Shown: positions 1-12,900 of the stretch, piece by piece
How the letters are laid out: each line of letters starts with the position of its first letter
Numbering within the stretch: the first letter of the stretch is position 1
NCBI GenBank assembly: GCA_032718475.1
Contig: JAUCBJ010003156.1
Span: 27,489 to 91,488 of the forward strand
DNA: 64,000 nucleotides
Direction: 5' to 3'
From: Nemertoderma westbladi
Lineage: Eukaryota; Animalia; Xenacoelomorpha
Notes under the pieces: model-generated
The model's input: only the letters and a program-made list of their open reading frames with translations
What the model was told of the DNA's origin: nothing
Database searches by the model: none
Program-made: the position numbers and the translations under genes

Positions 1-510
1 CTCAGCGCTCAGACTTGTCACACTACCGGCTGACAGGCTGACCGGCTTACAGGCTAACAGACCGGTAGTACTAAGTAGGCCAACTACTGAACTACTGGAC
101 TGCGACTGCGGTCAGGCGGTGTCAGGGTGTACTGCTGTACTGGTGTACAGGCAGACAGGAAACCACTCAGACTCAGGCATGACTCACAACCTTTGCTGCT
201 TTGTTGTAGAACGACCCTGTACTGCTGTACAAGTTGCCAGACAACTAACAGTGTACCAGTTGCCAGTTGGCCATGAGTGTACTAATCTGCTAATGCTCAA
301 TGTAATATGATTGTTAACAATTAATGAGTCATCAAAATTATTAGACCTACCGCGCTACCAGTACGGTACCGGCATGGTATGATGAATGCCAATCTCAGCC
401 AACAACGCCCTGTCGCCCCCATAAAACGACAAATCAAAAATCAATTATTGTATTATTATATATAATTTTTAAATTTTCACCCATTGCAAGAAAGTACCAT
501 ACTGGTTTTA

Positions 511-674
511 TTATTAATAAGTGAATTGTTGTGGGGCGAGTGACGGTGAATTAAATATATAATGTAGATAGGACAATATGATAATGCTCTCCATAGCGAA
601 AAATATCAACCGAACGTCGGTTGATATTTTTCGCTATGAAGAGCATTATCATATTGTCATATCTACATTATATA
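511..674. repeat. 164-bp insert containing a 58-bp-arm near-perfect palindrome, flanked by a 13-bp direct repeat
   Basis: Arms 556-613 and 617-674 are reverse complements with 2 mismatches around a 3-nt loop (ACG). CATACTGGTTTTA occurs at 498-510 and again at 675-687. Confidence 0.8.
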
Positions 675-820
675 CATACTGGTTTTACTCACTGTGGAAT
701 AATTAATATTTTCGACAAAATTTAGTGTTAATGTAGAAAGTTGTTGTACTGTACCTACGTTGTTTTTATATTTGATTTGATTTGGGTTCTTTGTGGTAAT
801 ACGGTCAGATCGGCCGAAAA

Positions 821-1887
821 AATCAGATCACTGTACGATGGTTCCACCAAATTTTGTGACTACTGCTGATGGTGACACAGAGTGTTACGTGGAGTCCTTC
901 AGAGTGACACACTTGCACCATTCTTATTCGTAATTGTTGTTGATTATGTTCTACGCATGTCCTTAGACTATCTTAATAAAGATGGGGTGATAGTAACACC
1001 CCCTACTGGCACAAGAAGTAGTGGAAATCCAACAAAGTACAGTTACCTTGCTGATGACTAAGAGGTACTGTTAGAATCACTAGAGGGAGCCCAAAAAGCT
1101 CCTCTGCTCATTGGAGCAGGTTGCTTCTAGTGTTGGTCTTTTTGTAAATTCCAAGAAGACCAAAATCATGACAGTCAACCTAGACAGCCCTCAAGAAATG
1201 TCTGATCGTAAGGGCATAAGCTATAAGGATGGCTTGCTTGAGCCCGTGGATGACTTCTGCTACTTAGGATCATGGATCAGAAAGTCACGTGAAGACCTTC
1301 GGATACGTAAGGGAGAGGTATGGGATCGTTCAATATTCTGCCCAGGATTTGGAAGTCCCATAGAATAAAACGGAACCTTAAGGTTCGATTATTTATGGCA
1401 ATAGTAGTACCAGTACTCTTATATGGGAGTCCATGCTGGGCTCTAACTGCTGAGGACACCAAATTTCTGGTGGCACTTTCACAAGAATGTTGCGCCAGGT
1501 TCATTGTGTCAAGTTCAATGCACACATCTCCAATCAGACTCTATACAGCCTTGGAGGTGTTACATTTGTCTCCCCTAGCTTGACACTTGAACGGAACCGC
1601 CTCCGCTTTGCAGGACATTGCTTTCGCCGTGAGGATCACACAGTGAATAATCTTGTGCTTTGGTGGTCTCATGCAGCGAATAAGCATGGTGGGCAGCCCA
1701 TGAATTTCTTGAGATGCATCATAAAAGACACTGGCTTTGAAGATGCGGATGAACTAGCAAATGTCATGGGTGATAGGGAGTTGTGGTGGCGCAATTTTGT
1801 CGACAAGCCGGCACAGTATTCATAATATATATGTAATATACATTGTGCAGCTGCAATGCAGTATGCCGATCGTAGTAGTAGTAGTAG
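821..1887 (+). mobile_element. 5'-truncated, decayed RTE-like non-LTR retrotransposon (RT C-terminal part and 3' end)
   Basis: Fragmented frames give GVLQSDTLAPFLFVIVVDYV, VDDFCYLGSWI, LKVRLFMAIVVPVLLYG and RLRFAGHCFR, typical of RTE-group reverse transcriptases. Several frameshifts and stops, a (GTA)n tail at ~1872-1887, and collinear with the copy at 30790-32270. Confidence 0.85.
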
Positions 1888-2654
1888 AACAGGGAGTAAT
1901 ATCGCATAATACTACTGTACTACTACTACTACTGTAACTACTGTATCTCTATCTCTAACAGAAAATGAAATGTTGATCATCTGGTCTTACAGTACGTTTT
2001 GCGGTTTTTCTGTCGTTAGTCCTATACCGGTACTACTTTTAGGATTTAGACTTTTGATGAACTTTATATGAAGTTAATGTGAGGAGTAGAATGAATTGAA
2101 TACTCGGATTAACGTCCACTTATTTTATGAAATCCAACCAAGTATATAGTTTGTTATCAACAACAATGTAACATCTTCCAGAAATTAGATATTTCATATT
2201 TGTTGGTGGCAATGCGGTAATAATAAAATAAGGTGTCGTCATCGATTTGTTATTAGTTATTATTTTAAATAATATTTTATAATACCAAAAATATGGCACA
2301 TCAGAAATATTAATAAAGATAATAAATAAAGGCAGTGATTTTTTATGTCCTTTTATTTGACTTTTTTGTCATTTTTTTTTACGAATTATGCATAATGACT
2401 TTTGTTGTCCTTTTAATGACTTTTATTGTCCTTTTAATAACTTTTTATGTATGTATTTCTGTCAGACTGCTGATTTCTGGACTGTCAGACAGTTGATTTC
2501 ACTATGCCTGTGCCAAAACATTCCATGATTCCATGATTTATAGACTATGAGATAGATTTTCATATGCGCCTGTGGTAAAAAGACTCTATATTTAATAGTT
2601 TGTGGTTGTTGTCGATAATCGATTACCACATGACGTAGCAAAACACTCATTTTA

Positions 2655-3343
2655 TAGCCAAAAACAATTACCAATTCAGCAATTGATGGAAAGGAGCAGG
2701 TTAAGGCCGAGTTTTCTAACCAAAACAATAAACAGTCACTTTACCAAATCAGGGAAAGGAGCAGGGTACAGAGACGGGATTTTCTAACCAAAACAATAAA
2801 CGATCACTTAAGTAATTGAGGGAAAGGAGCATGTTACAGAGGCGGGATTTTCTAACCAAAACAATAAACGATCACTTAACTTATTGAGGGAAAGGAGCAG
2901 GTTACAGAGGCGGGATTTTCTAACCAAAACAATAACCGATAACATTACCAATTGAGAGAAAGGAGCAGGTTACAGATGCGGGAATTTCTAACCAAAACAA
3001 TAAACAGTCACTTTACCAAATCAGGGAAAGGAGCAGGTTACAGAGACGGGATTTTCTAACCAAAACAATAAACGATAACATTACCAATTGAGAGAAAGGA
3101 GTAGGTTACAGAGGCGGGATTTCCTAACCAAAACAATAAACGATCACTTAATTAATTGAGGGAAAGGGGCAGGTTACAGAGGCGGGATTTTCTAACCAAA
3201 ACAATAAACAGTCACTTTACAAAATGAAGGAAAGGAGCAGGTTACAGAGGCAGGCCTTTCTAACCAAAACAATAAACGGTCACTTTACCAAATCAGGCAA
3301 AGGAGCAGGTTACAAATGAGGCGGGATTTTCTAACCAAAACAA
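2655..3343. repeat. 68-bp minisatellite, ~10 copies
   Basis: AACCAAAACAATAAAC...GAAAGGAGCAGGTTACAGAGGCGGGATTTTCT recurs at 2718, 2786, 2854, 2922 etc. (period 68). Confidence 0.95.
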
Positions 3344-3352
3344 CCGGTCAGC

Positions 3353-3443
3353 CAGTAGGCCTACCATTACCGTATTTAAATGGTAGGCTACACAGTAGGC
3401 CTACCATTACCGTATTTAAATGGTAGGCTACACAGTAGGCCTA
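3353..3443. repeat. 40-bp tandem duplication, each copy with a 10-bp-stem hairpin
   Basis: CAGTAGGCCTACCATTACCGTATTTAAATGGTAGGCTACA x2; stem GCCTACCATT / AATGGTAGGC. Confidence 0.85.
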
Positions 3444-3937
3444 CATCAGTACCGGTGCCGGTACCGGTACTAAAATACAGAAATGCCTGCTTTATACCTA
3501 CATCTGTACACAATACAGCAAAATAGTGCTATATATACTAATACCGGTACTGATAGCCTGAGAGAACAGCAGTAGAGAAACCGGTAGCATGGAACCTAAC
3601 ATTAGACTTTTGGAGGACATAAAAAATAAAAAAAAAAGGACAAAAAAAGGATTTAAACGGACAATAAAAATTATTGCGATAAATAAATTGCTATATTTAT
3701 ACTACTGTAGCATTTTACAACTAGGGCCTACTATATAAACTACCGTACAGTAGCAATTTATAAGGAGTTATAGAATTTATATAATTTAATTAAATAATTT
3801 ATATTAATTAAATAATCTGATTCGAATATCACCTAAAGTTATCATCATATCATGACTATTTTTCATATCTCTTTAGATTAAATATTTATCTGCCGTTAAA
3901 TCTCTACAATATTGTAAGTGTAAAGCCTTTGGAAATA

Positions 3938-6900
3938 CACCACCACGAGGTGGTACATATCAGGGTACAGTAGGTAGACTAGCCCACCACCACGAGGTGG
4001 TACGTAGTAGGGAACAGTAGGTAGACTAGCCCACCACCACGAGGTGGTACGTAGTAGGGAACAGTAGGTAGACTAGCCCACCACCACGAGGTGGTACATA
4101 GTAGGGTACAGTAGGTAGACTAGCCCATCACCACTAGGTGGTACATAGTAGGGTACAGTAGGTAGACTAGCCCACCACCACGAGGTGGTACATAGTAGGG
4201 TACAGTAGGTAGACTAGCCCACCACCACGAGGTGGTACGTAGTAGGGTACAGTAGTTAGACTAGCGCACCACCACGGGGTGGTACATAGTAGGGTACAGT
4301 AGGTAGACTAGCCCACCACCACGAGGTGGTACGTAGTGGGGTACAGTAGGTAGACTAGCCCACCACCACGAGGTGGTACGTAGTGTGGTACAGTAGGTAG
4401 ACTAGCGCACCACCACTAGGTGGTACATATCAGGGTACAGTAGGTAGACTAGCCCACCACCACGAGGTGGTACGTAGTAGGTACAGTAGGTAGACTAGCC
4501 CACCACCACGAGTTGGTACATTAGGGTACAGTAGGTGGACTAGCCCACCACCACGAGGTGGTACATAGTAGGGTACAGTAGGTAGACTAGCCCACCACCA
4601 CGAGGTGGTACGTAGTAGGGTACAGTAGGTAGACTAGCCCACCACCACGAGGTGGTACGTAGTTAGGGTACAGTAGGTAGACTAGCCCACCACCACGAGG
4701 TGGTACATAGTAGGGTACAGTAGGTAGACTAGCCCACCACCACGAGGTGGTACGTAGTAGGGTACAGTAGGTAGACTAGCCCACCACCACGAGGTGGTAC
4801 GTAGTAGGGTACAGTAGGTAGACTAGCCCACCACCACGAGGTGGTACATAGTAGGTACAGTAGGTAGACTAGCCCACCACCACGAGGTGGTACGTAGTAG
4901 GGAACAGTAGGTAGACTAGCCCAGCACCACGAGGTGGTACATATCAGGGTACAGTAGGTAGACTAGCCCACCACCACGAGGTGGTACATAGTAGTGTACA
5001 GTAGGTAGACTAGCCCAGCACCACGAGGTGGTACATAGTAGGTACAGTAGGTAGACTAGCCCACCACCACGAGGTGGTATGTAGTAGGGTACAGTAGGTA
5101 GACTAGCCCAGCACCACGAGGTGGTACATATCAGGGTACAGTAGGTAGACTAGCCCAGCACCACGAGGTGGTACATATCAGGGTACAGTAGGTAGACTAG
5201 CCCACCACCACGAGGTGGTACGTAGTAGGGTACAGTAGGTAGACTAGCCCAGCACCACGAGGTGGTACATATCAGGGTACAGTAGGTAGACTAGCCCACC
5301 ACCACGAGGTGGTACGTAGTAGGTACAGTAGGTAGACTAGCCCACCACCACGAGGTGGTACATAGTAGGTAACAGTAGGTAGACTAGCCCACCACCACGA
5401 GGTGGTACGTAGTCGGGTACAGTAGGTAGACTAGCCCACCACCACGAGGTGGTACATAGTAGGGTACAGTAGGTAGACTAGCCCAGCACCACGAGGTGGT
5501 ACATATCAGGGTACAGTAGGTAGACTAGCCCACCACCACGAGGTGGTACATAGTAGGGTACAGTAGGTAGACTAGCCCACCACCACGAGGTGGTACGTAG
5601 TAGGGTACAGTAGGTAGACTAGCCCACCATCACGAGGTGGTACGTAGTGGGGTACAGTAGGTAGACTAGCGCACCACCACTAGGTGGTACGTAGTAGGGT
5701 ACAGTAGGTAGACTAGCCCACCACCACGAGGTGGTACGTATAGGGGTACAGTAGGTAGACTAGCCCACCACCACGAGGTGGTACGTAGTAGGGTACAGTA
5801 GGTAGACTAGCCCACCACCACGAGGTGGTACGTAGTAGGGTACAGTAGGTAGACTAGCCCACCACCACGAGGTGGTACGTAGTAGGGTACAGTAGGTAGA
5901 CTAGCCCACCACCACGAGGTGGTACGTAGTAGGGTACAGTAGGTAGACTAGCCCACCACCACGAGGTGGTACATAGTAGGGTACAGTAGGTAGACTAGCC
6001 CACCACCACGAGGTGGTACATAGTAGGGTACAGTAGGTAGACTAGCCCATCACCACTAGGTGGTACATAGTAGGGTACAGTAGGTAGACTAGCCCACCAC
6101 CACGAGGTGGTACATAGTAGGGTACAGTAGGTAGACTAGCCCACCACCACGAGGTGGTACGTAGTAGGGTACAGTAGGTAGACTAGCCCACCACCACGGG
6201 GTGGTACATAGTAGGGTACAGTAGGTAGACTAGCCCAGCACCACGAGGTGGTTCATATCAGGGTACAGTAGGTAGACTAGCCCAGCACCACGAGGTGGTA
6301 CGTATCAGGGTACAGTAGGTAGACTAGCCCACCACCACGAGGTGGTACGTAGTAGGGTACAGTAGGTAGACTAGCCCAGCACCGCGAGGTGGTACATATC
6401 AGGGTACAGTAGGTAGACTAGCCCACCACCACGAGGTGGTACATATCAGGGTACAGTAGGTAGACTAGCCCAGCACCACGAGGTGGTACATATCAGGGTA
6501 CAGTAGGTAGACTAGCCCACCACCACGAGGTGGTACGTAGTAGGGTACAGTAGGTAGACTAGCCCAGCACCACGAGGTGGTACATATCAGGGTACAGTAG
6601 GTAGACTAGCCCACCACCACGAGGTGGTACATAGTAGGGTACAGTAGGTAGACTAGCCCACCACCACGAGGTGGTACATAGTAGGGTACAGTAGGTAGAC
6701 TAGCCCACCACCACGAGGTGGTACGTAGTAGGGTACAGTAGGTAGACTAGCCCAGCACCACGAGGTGGTACATATCAGGGTACAGTAGGTAGACTAGCCC
6801 ACCACCACGAGGTGGTACGTAGTAGGTACAGTAGGTAGACTAGCCCACCACCACGAGGTGGTACATAGTAGGTAACAGTAGGTAGACTAGCCCACCACCA

Positions 6901-9900
6901 CGAGGTGGTACGTAGTTGGGTACAGTAGGTAGACTAGCCCACCACCACGAGGTGGTACATAGTAGGGTACAGTAGGTAGACTAGCCCAGCACCACGAGGT
7001 GGTACATATCAGGGTACAGTAGGTAGACTAGCCCACCACCACGAGGTGGTACATAGTAGGGTACAGTAGGTAGACTAGCCCACCACCACGAGGTGGTACG
7101 TAGTAGGGTACAGTAGTTAGACTAGCCCACCATCACGAGGTGGTACGTAGTGGGGTACAGTAGGTAGACTAGCGCACCACCACTAGGTGGTACGTAGTAG
7201 GGTACAGTAGGTAGACTAGCCCACCACCACGAGGTGGTACGTATAGGGGTACAGTAGGTAGACTAGCCCACCACCACGAGGTGGTACGTAGTAGGGTACA
7301 GTAGGTAGACTAGCCCACCACCACGAGGTGGTACGTAGTGGGGTACAGTAGGTAGACTAGCCCACCACCACGAGGTGGTACGTAGTAGGGTACAGTAGGT
7401 AGACTAGCCCACCACCACGAGGTGGTACGTAGTAGGGTACAGTAGGTAGACTAGCCCACCACCACAAGGTGGTACATAGTAGGGTACAGTAGGTAGACTA
7501 GCCCACCACCACGAGGTGGTACATAGTAGGGTACAGTAGGTAGACTAGCCCATCACCACTAGGTGGTACATAGTAGGGTACAGTAGGTAGACTAGCCCAC
7601 CACCACGAGGTGGTACATAGTAGGGTACAGTAGGTAGACTAGCCCACCACCACGAGGTGGTACGTAGTAGGGTACAGTAGGTAGACTAGCCCACCACCAC
7701 GAGGTGGTACATAGTAGGGTACAGTAGGTAGACTAGCCCACCACCACGAGGTGGTACATAGTAGGGTACAGTAGGTAGACTAGCCCACCACCACGAGGTG
7801 GTACATAGTAGGGTACAGTAGGTAGACTAGCCCACCACCACGAGGTGGTACGTAGTAGGGTACAGTAGGTAGACTAGCCCACCACCACGAGGTGGTACGT
7901 AGTAGGGTACAGTAGGTAGACTAGCCCACCACCACGAGGTGGTACATAGTAGGGTACAGTAGGTAGACTAGCCCACCACCACGGGGTGGTACATAGTAGG
8001 GTACAGTAGGTAGACTATCCCATCACCACTAGGTGGTACATAGTAGGGTACAGTAGGTAGACTAGCCCACCACCACGAGGTGGTACATAGTAGGGTACAG
8101 TAGGTAGACTAGCCCACCACCACGAGGTGGTACGTAGTAGGGTACAGTAGGTAGACTAGCCCACCACCACGAGGTGGTACATAGTAGGGTACAGTAGGTA
8201 GACTAGCCCACCACCACGAGGTGGTACGTAGTAGGGTACAGTAGGTAGACTAGCCCACCACCACGAGGTGGTACGTAGTAGGGTACAGTAGGTAGACTAG
8301 CCCACCACCACGAGGTGGTACATAGTAGGGTACAGTAGGTAGACTAGCCCACCACCACGAGGTGGTACATAGTAGGGTACAGTAGGTAGACTAGCCCACC
8401 ACCACGAGGTGGTACATAGTAGGGTACAGTAGGTAGACTAGCCCACCACCACGAGGTGGTACGTAGTAGGGTACAGTAGGTAGACTAGCCCACCACCACG
8501 AGGTGGTACATAGTAGGGTACAGTAGGTAGACTAGCCCACCACCACGAGGTGGTACGTAGTGGGGTACAGTAGGTAGACTAGCCCACCACCACGAGGTGG
8601 TACGTAGTGTGGTACAGTAGGTAGACTAGCGCACCACCACTAGGTGGTACGTAGTAGGGTACAGTAGTTAGACTAGCGTACCACCACGAGGTGGTACATA
8701 GTAGGGTACAGTAGGTAGACTAGCCCACCACCACGAGGTGGTACATAGTAGGGTACAGTAGGTAGACTAGCCCACCACCACGAGGTGGTACGTAGTAGGG
8801 TACAGTAGGTAGACTAGCCCACCACCACGAGGTGGTACGTAGTAGGGTACAGTAGGTAGACTAGCCCACCACCACGAGGTGGTACATAGTAGGGTACAGT
8901 AGGTAGACTAGCCCACCACCACGAGGTGGTACATAGTAGGGTACAGTAGGTAGACTAGCCCACCACCACGAGGTGGTACATAGTAGGGTACAGTAGGTAG
9001 ACTAGCCCACCACCACGAGGTGGTACGTAGTAGGGTACAGTAGGTAGACTAGCCCACCACCACGAGGTGGTACATAGTAGGGTACAGTAGGTAGACTAGC
9101 CCACCACCACGAGGTGGTACATAGTAGGGTACAGTAGGTAGACTAGCCCACCACCACGAGGTGGTACATAGTAGGGTACAGTAGGTAGACTAGCCCACCA
9201 CCACGAGGTGGTACGTAGTAGGGTACAGTAGGTAGACTAGCCCACCACCACGAGGTGGTACGTAGTAGGGTACAGTAGGTAGACTAGCCCACCACCACGA
9301 GGTGGTACATAGTAGGGTACAGTAGGTAGACTAGCCCACCACCACGAGGTGGTACGTAGTAGGGTACAGTAGGTAGACTAGCCCACCACCACGAGGTGGT
9401 ACATAGTCAGGGTACAGTAGGTAGACTAGCCCACCACCACGAGGTGGTACATAGTAGGGTACAGTAGGTAGACTAGCCCACCACCACGAGGTGGTACGTA
9501 GTAGGGTACAGTAGGTAGACTAGCCCACCACCACGAGGTGGTACATAGTAGGGTACAGTAGGTAGACTAGCCCACCACCACGAGGTGGTACATAGTAGGG
9601 TACAGTAGGTAGACTAGCCCACCACCACGAGGTGGTACGTAGTAGGGTACAGTAGGTAGACTAGCCCACCACCACGAGGTGGTACGTAGTAGGGTACAGT
9701 AGGTAGACTAGCCCAGCACCACGAGGTGGTACATAGTCAGGGTACAGTAGGTAGACTAGCCCACCACCACGAGGTGGTACATAGTAGGGTACAGTAGGTA
9801 GACTAGCCCACCACCACGAGGTGGTACGTAGTAGGGTACAGTAGGTAGACTAGCCCACCACCACGAGGTGGTACGTAGTAGGGTACAGTAGGTAGACTAG

Positions 9901-12900
9901 CCCACCACCACGAGGTGGTACATAGTAGGGTACAGTAGGTAGACTAGCCCACCACCACGAGGTGGTACGTAGTAGGGTACAGTAGGTAGACTAGCCCAGC
10001 ACCACGAGGTGGTACATATCAGGGTACAGTAGGTAGACTAGCCCACCACCACGAGGTGGTACATAGTAGGGTACAGTAGGTAGACTAGCCCAGCACCACG
10101 AGGTGGTACATAGTAGGGTACAGTAGGTAGACTAGCCCACCACCACGAGGTGGTACGTAGTAGGGTACAGTAGGTAGACTAGCCCACCACCACGAGGTGG
10201 TACATATCAGGGTACAGTAGGTAGACTAGCCCAGCACCACGAGGTGGTACATAGTCAGGGTACAGTAGGTAGACTAGCCCACCACCACGAGGTGGTACGT
10301 AGTAGGGTACAGTAGGTAGACTAGCCCAGCACCACGAGGTGGTACATATCAGGGTACAGTAGGTAGACTAGCCCACCACCACGAGGTGGTACGTAGTAGG
10401 GTACAGTAGGTAGACTAGCCCACCACCACGAGGTGGTACATAGTAGGTAACAGTAGGTAGACTAGCCCACCACCACGAGGTGGTACGTAGTAGGGTACAG
10501 TAGGTAGACTAGCCCACCACCACGAGGTGGTACATAGTAGGGTACAGTAGGTAGACTAGCCCACCACCACGAGGTGGTACATAGTAGGGTACAGTAGGTA
10601 GACTAGCCCACCACCACGAGGTGGTACATAGTAGGGTACAGTAGGTAGACTAGCCCACCACCACGAGGTGGTACGTAGTAGGGTACAGTAGTTAGACTAG
10701 CCCACCATCACGAGGTGGTACGTAGTGGGGTACAGTAGGTAGACTAGCGCACCACCACTAGGTGGTACGTAGTAGGGTACAGTAGGTAGACTAGCCCACC
10801 ACCACGAGGTGGTACGTAGTAGGGGTACAGTAGGTAGACTAGCCCACCACCACGAGGTGGTACGTAGTAGGGTACAGTAGGTAGACTAGCCCACCACCAC
10901 GAGGTGGTACGTAGTAGGGTACAGTAGGTAGACTAGCCCACCACCACGAGGTGGTACGTAGTAGGGTACAGTAGGTAGACTAGCCCACCACCACGAGGTG
11001 GTACGTAGTAGGGTACAGTAGGTAGACTAGCCCACCACCACGAGGTGGTACATAGTAGGGTACAGTAGGTAGACTAGCCCACCACCACGAGGTGGTACAT
11101 AGTAGGGTACAGTAGGTAGACTAGCCCATCACCACTAGGTGGTACATAGTAGGGTACAGTAGGTAGACTAGCCCACCACCACGAGGTGGTACATAGTAGG
11201 GTACAGTAGGTAGACTAGCCCACCACCACGAGGTGGTACGTAGTAGGGTACAGTAGGTAGACTAGCCCACCACCACGAGGTGGTACATAGTAGGGTACAG
11301 TAGGTAGACTAGCCCACCACCACGAGGTGGTACATAGTCAGGGTACAGTAGGTAGACTAGCCCAGCACCACGAGGTGGTACATAGTAGGGTACAGTAGGT
11401 AGACTAGCCCACCACCACGAGGTGGTACGTAGTAGGGTACAGTAGGTAGACTAGCCCACCACCACGAGGTGGTACATAGTCAGGGTACAGTAGGTAGACT
11501 AGCCCACCACCACGAGGTGGTACATAGTAGGGTACAGTAGGTAGACTAGCCCACCACCACGAGGTGGTACATAGTAGGGTACAGTAGGTAGACTAGCCCA
11601 CCACCACGAGGTGGTACGTAGTAGGGTACAGTAGGTAGACTAGCCCACCACCACGAGGTGGTACATAGTAGGGTACAGTAGGTAGACTAGCCCACCACCA
11701 CGAGGTGGTACATAGTAGGGTACAGTAGGTAGACTAGCCCACCACCACGAGGTGGTACATAGTAGGGTACAGTAGGTAGACTAGCCCACCACCACGAGGT
11801 GGTACGTAGTAGGGTACAGTAGGTAGACTAGCCCACCACCACGAGGTGGTACGTAGTAGGGTACAGTAGGTAGACTAGCCCACCACCACGAGGTGGTACA
11901 TAGTAGGGTACAGTAGGTAGACTAGCCCACCACCACGAGGTGGTACATAGTAGGGTACAGTAGGTAGACTAGCCCACCACCACGAGGTGGTACGTAGTAG
12001 GGTACAGTAGGTAGACTAGCCCACCACCACGAGGTGGTACATAGTAGGGTACAGTAGGTAGACTAGCCCACCACCACGAGGTGGTACGTAGTAGGGTACA
12101 GTAGGTAGACTAGCCCACCACCACGAGGTGGTACGTAGTAGGGTACAGTAGGTAGACTAGCCCACCACCACGAGGTGGTACGTAGTAGGGTACAGTAGGT
12201 AGACTAGCCCACCACCACGAGGTGGTACGTAGTAGGGTACAGTAGGTAGACTAGCCCACCACCACGAGGTGGTACGTAGTAGGGTACAGTAGGTAGACTA
12301 GCCCACCACCACGAGGTGGTACATAGTAGGGTACAGTAGGTAGACTAGCCCACCACCACGAGGTGGTACGTAGTAGGGTACAGTAGGTAGACTAGCCCAC
12401 CACCACGAGGTGGTACGTAGTAGGGTACAGTAGGTAGACTAGCCCACCACCACGAGGTGGTACATAGTAGGGTACAGTAGGTAGACTAGCCCACCACCAC
12501 GAGGTGGTACATAGTAGGGTACAGTAGGTAGACTAGCCCACCACCACGAGGTGGTACATAGTAGGGTACAGTAGGTAGACTAGCCCACCACCACGAGGTG
12601 GTACGTAGTAGGGTACAGTAGGTAGACTAGCCCACCACCACGAGGTGGTACATAGTAGGGTACAGTAGGTAGACTAGCCCACCACCACGAGGTGGTACAT
12701 AGTAGGGTACAGTAGGTAGACTAGCCCACCACCACGAGGTGGTACATAGTAGGGTACAGTAGGTAGACTAGCCCACCACCACGAGGTGGTACGTAGTAGG
12801 GTACAGTAGGTAGACTAGCCCACCACCACGAGGTGGTACATAGTAGGGTACAGTAGGTAGACTAGCCCACCACCACGAGGTGGTACATAGTAGGGTACAG

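Larger units (their letters stand above)
2331..3678. mobile_element. Putative non-autonomous MULE/MuDR-like DNA transposon carrying a 68-bp tandem array
   Basis: Left end GGCAGTGATTTTT versus right-end reverse complement CGCAATAATTTTT. Inverted subterminal TTTT(A/T)TGTCC motifs at 2341-2450 and 3615-3670. 9-bp flank ATAAATAAA at 2322-2330 and 3679-3687; 9-bp TSDs are typical of Mutator-like elements, but this one is AT-only, so weaker evidence. Confidence 0.5.
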
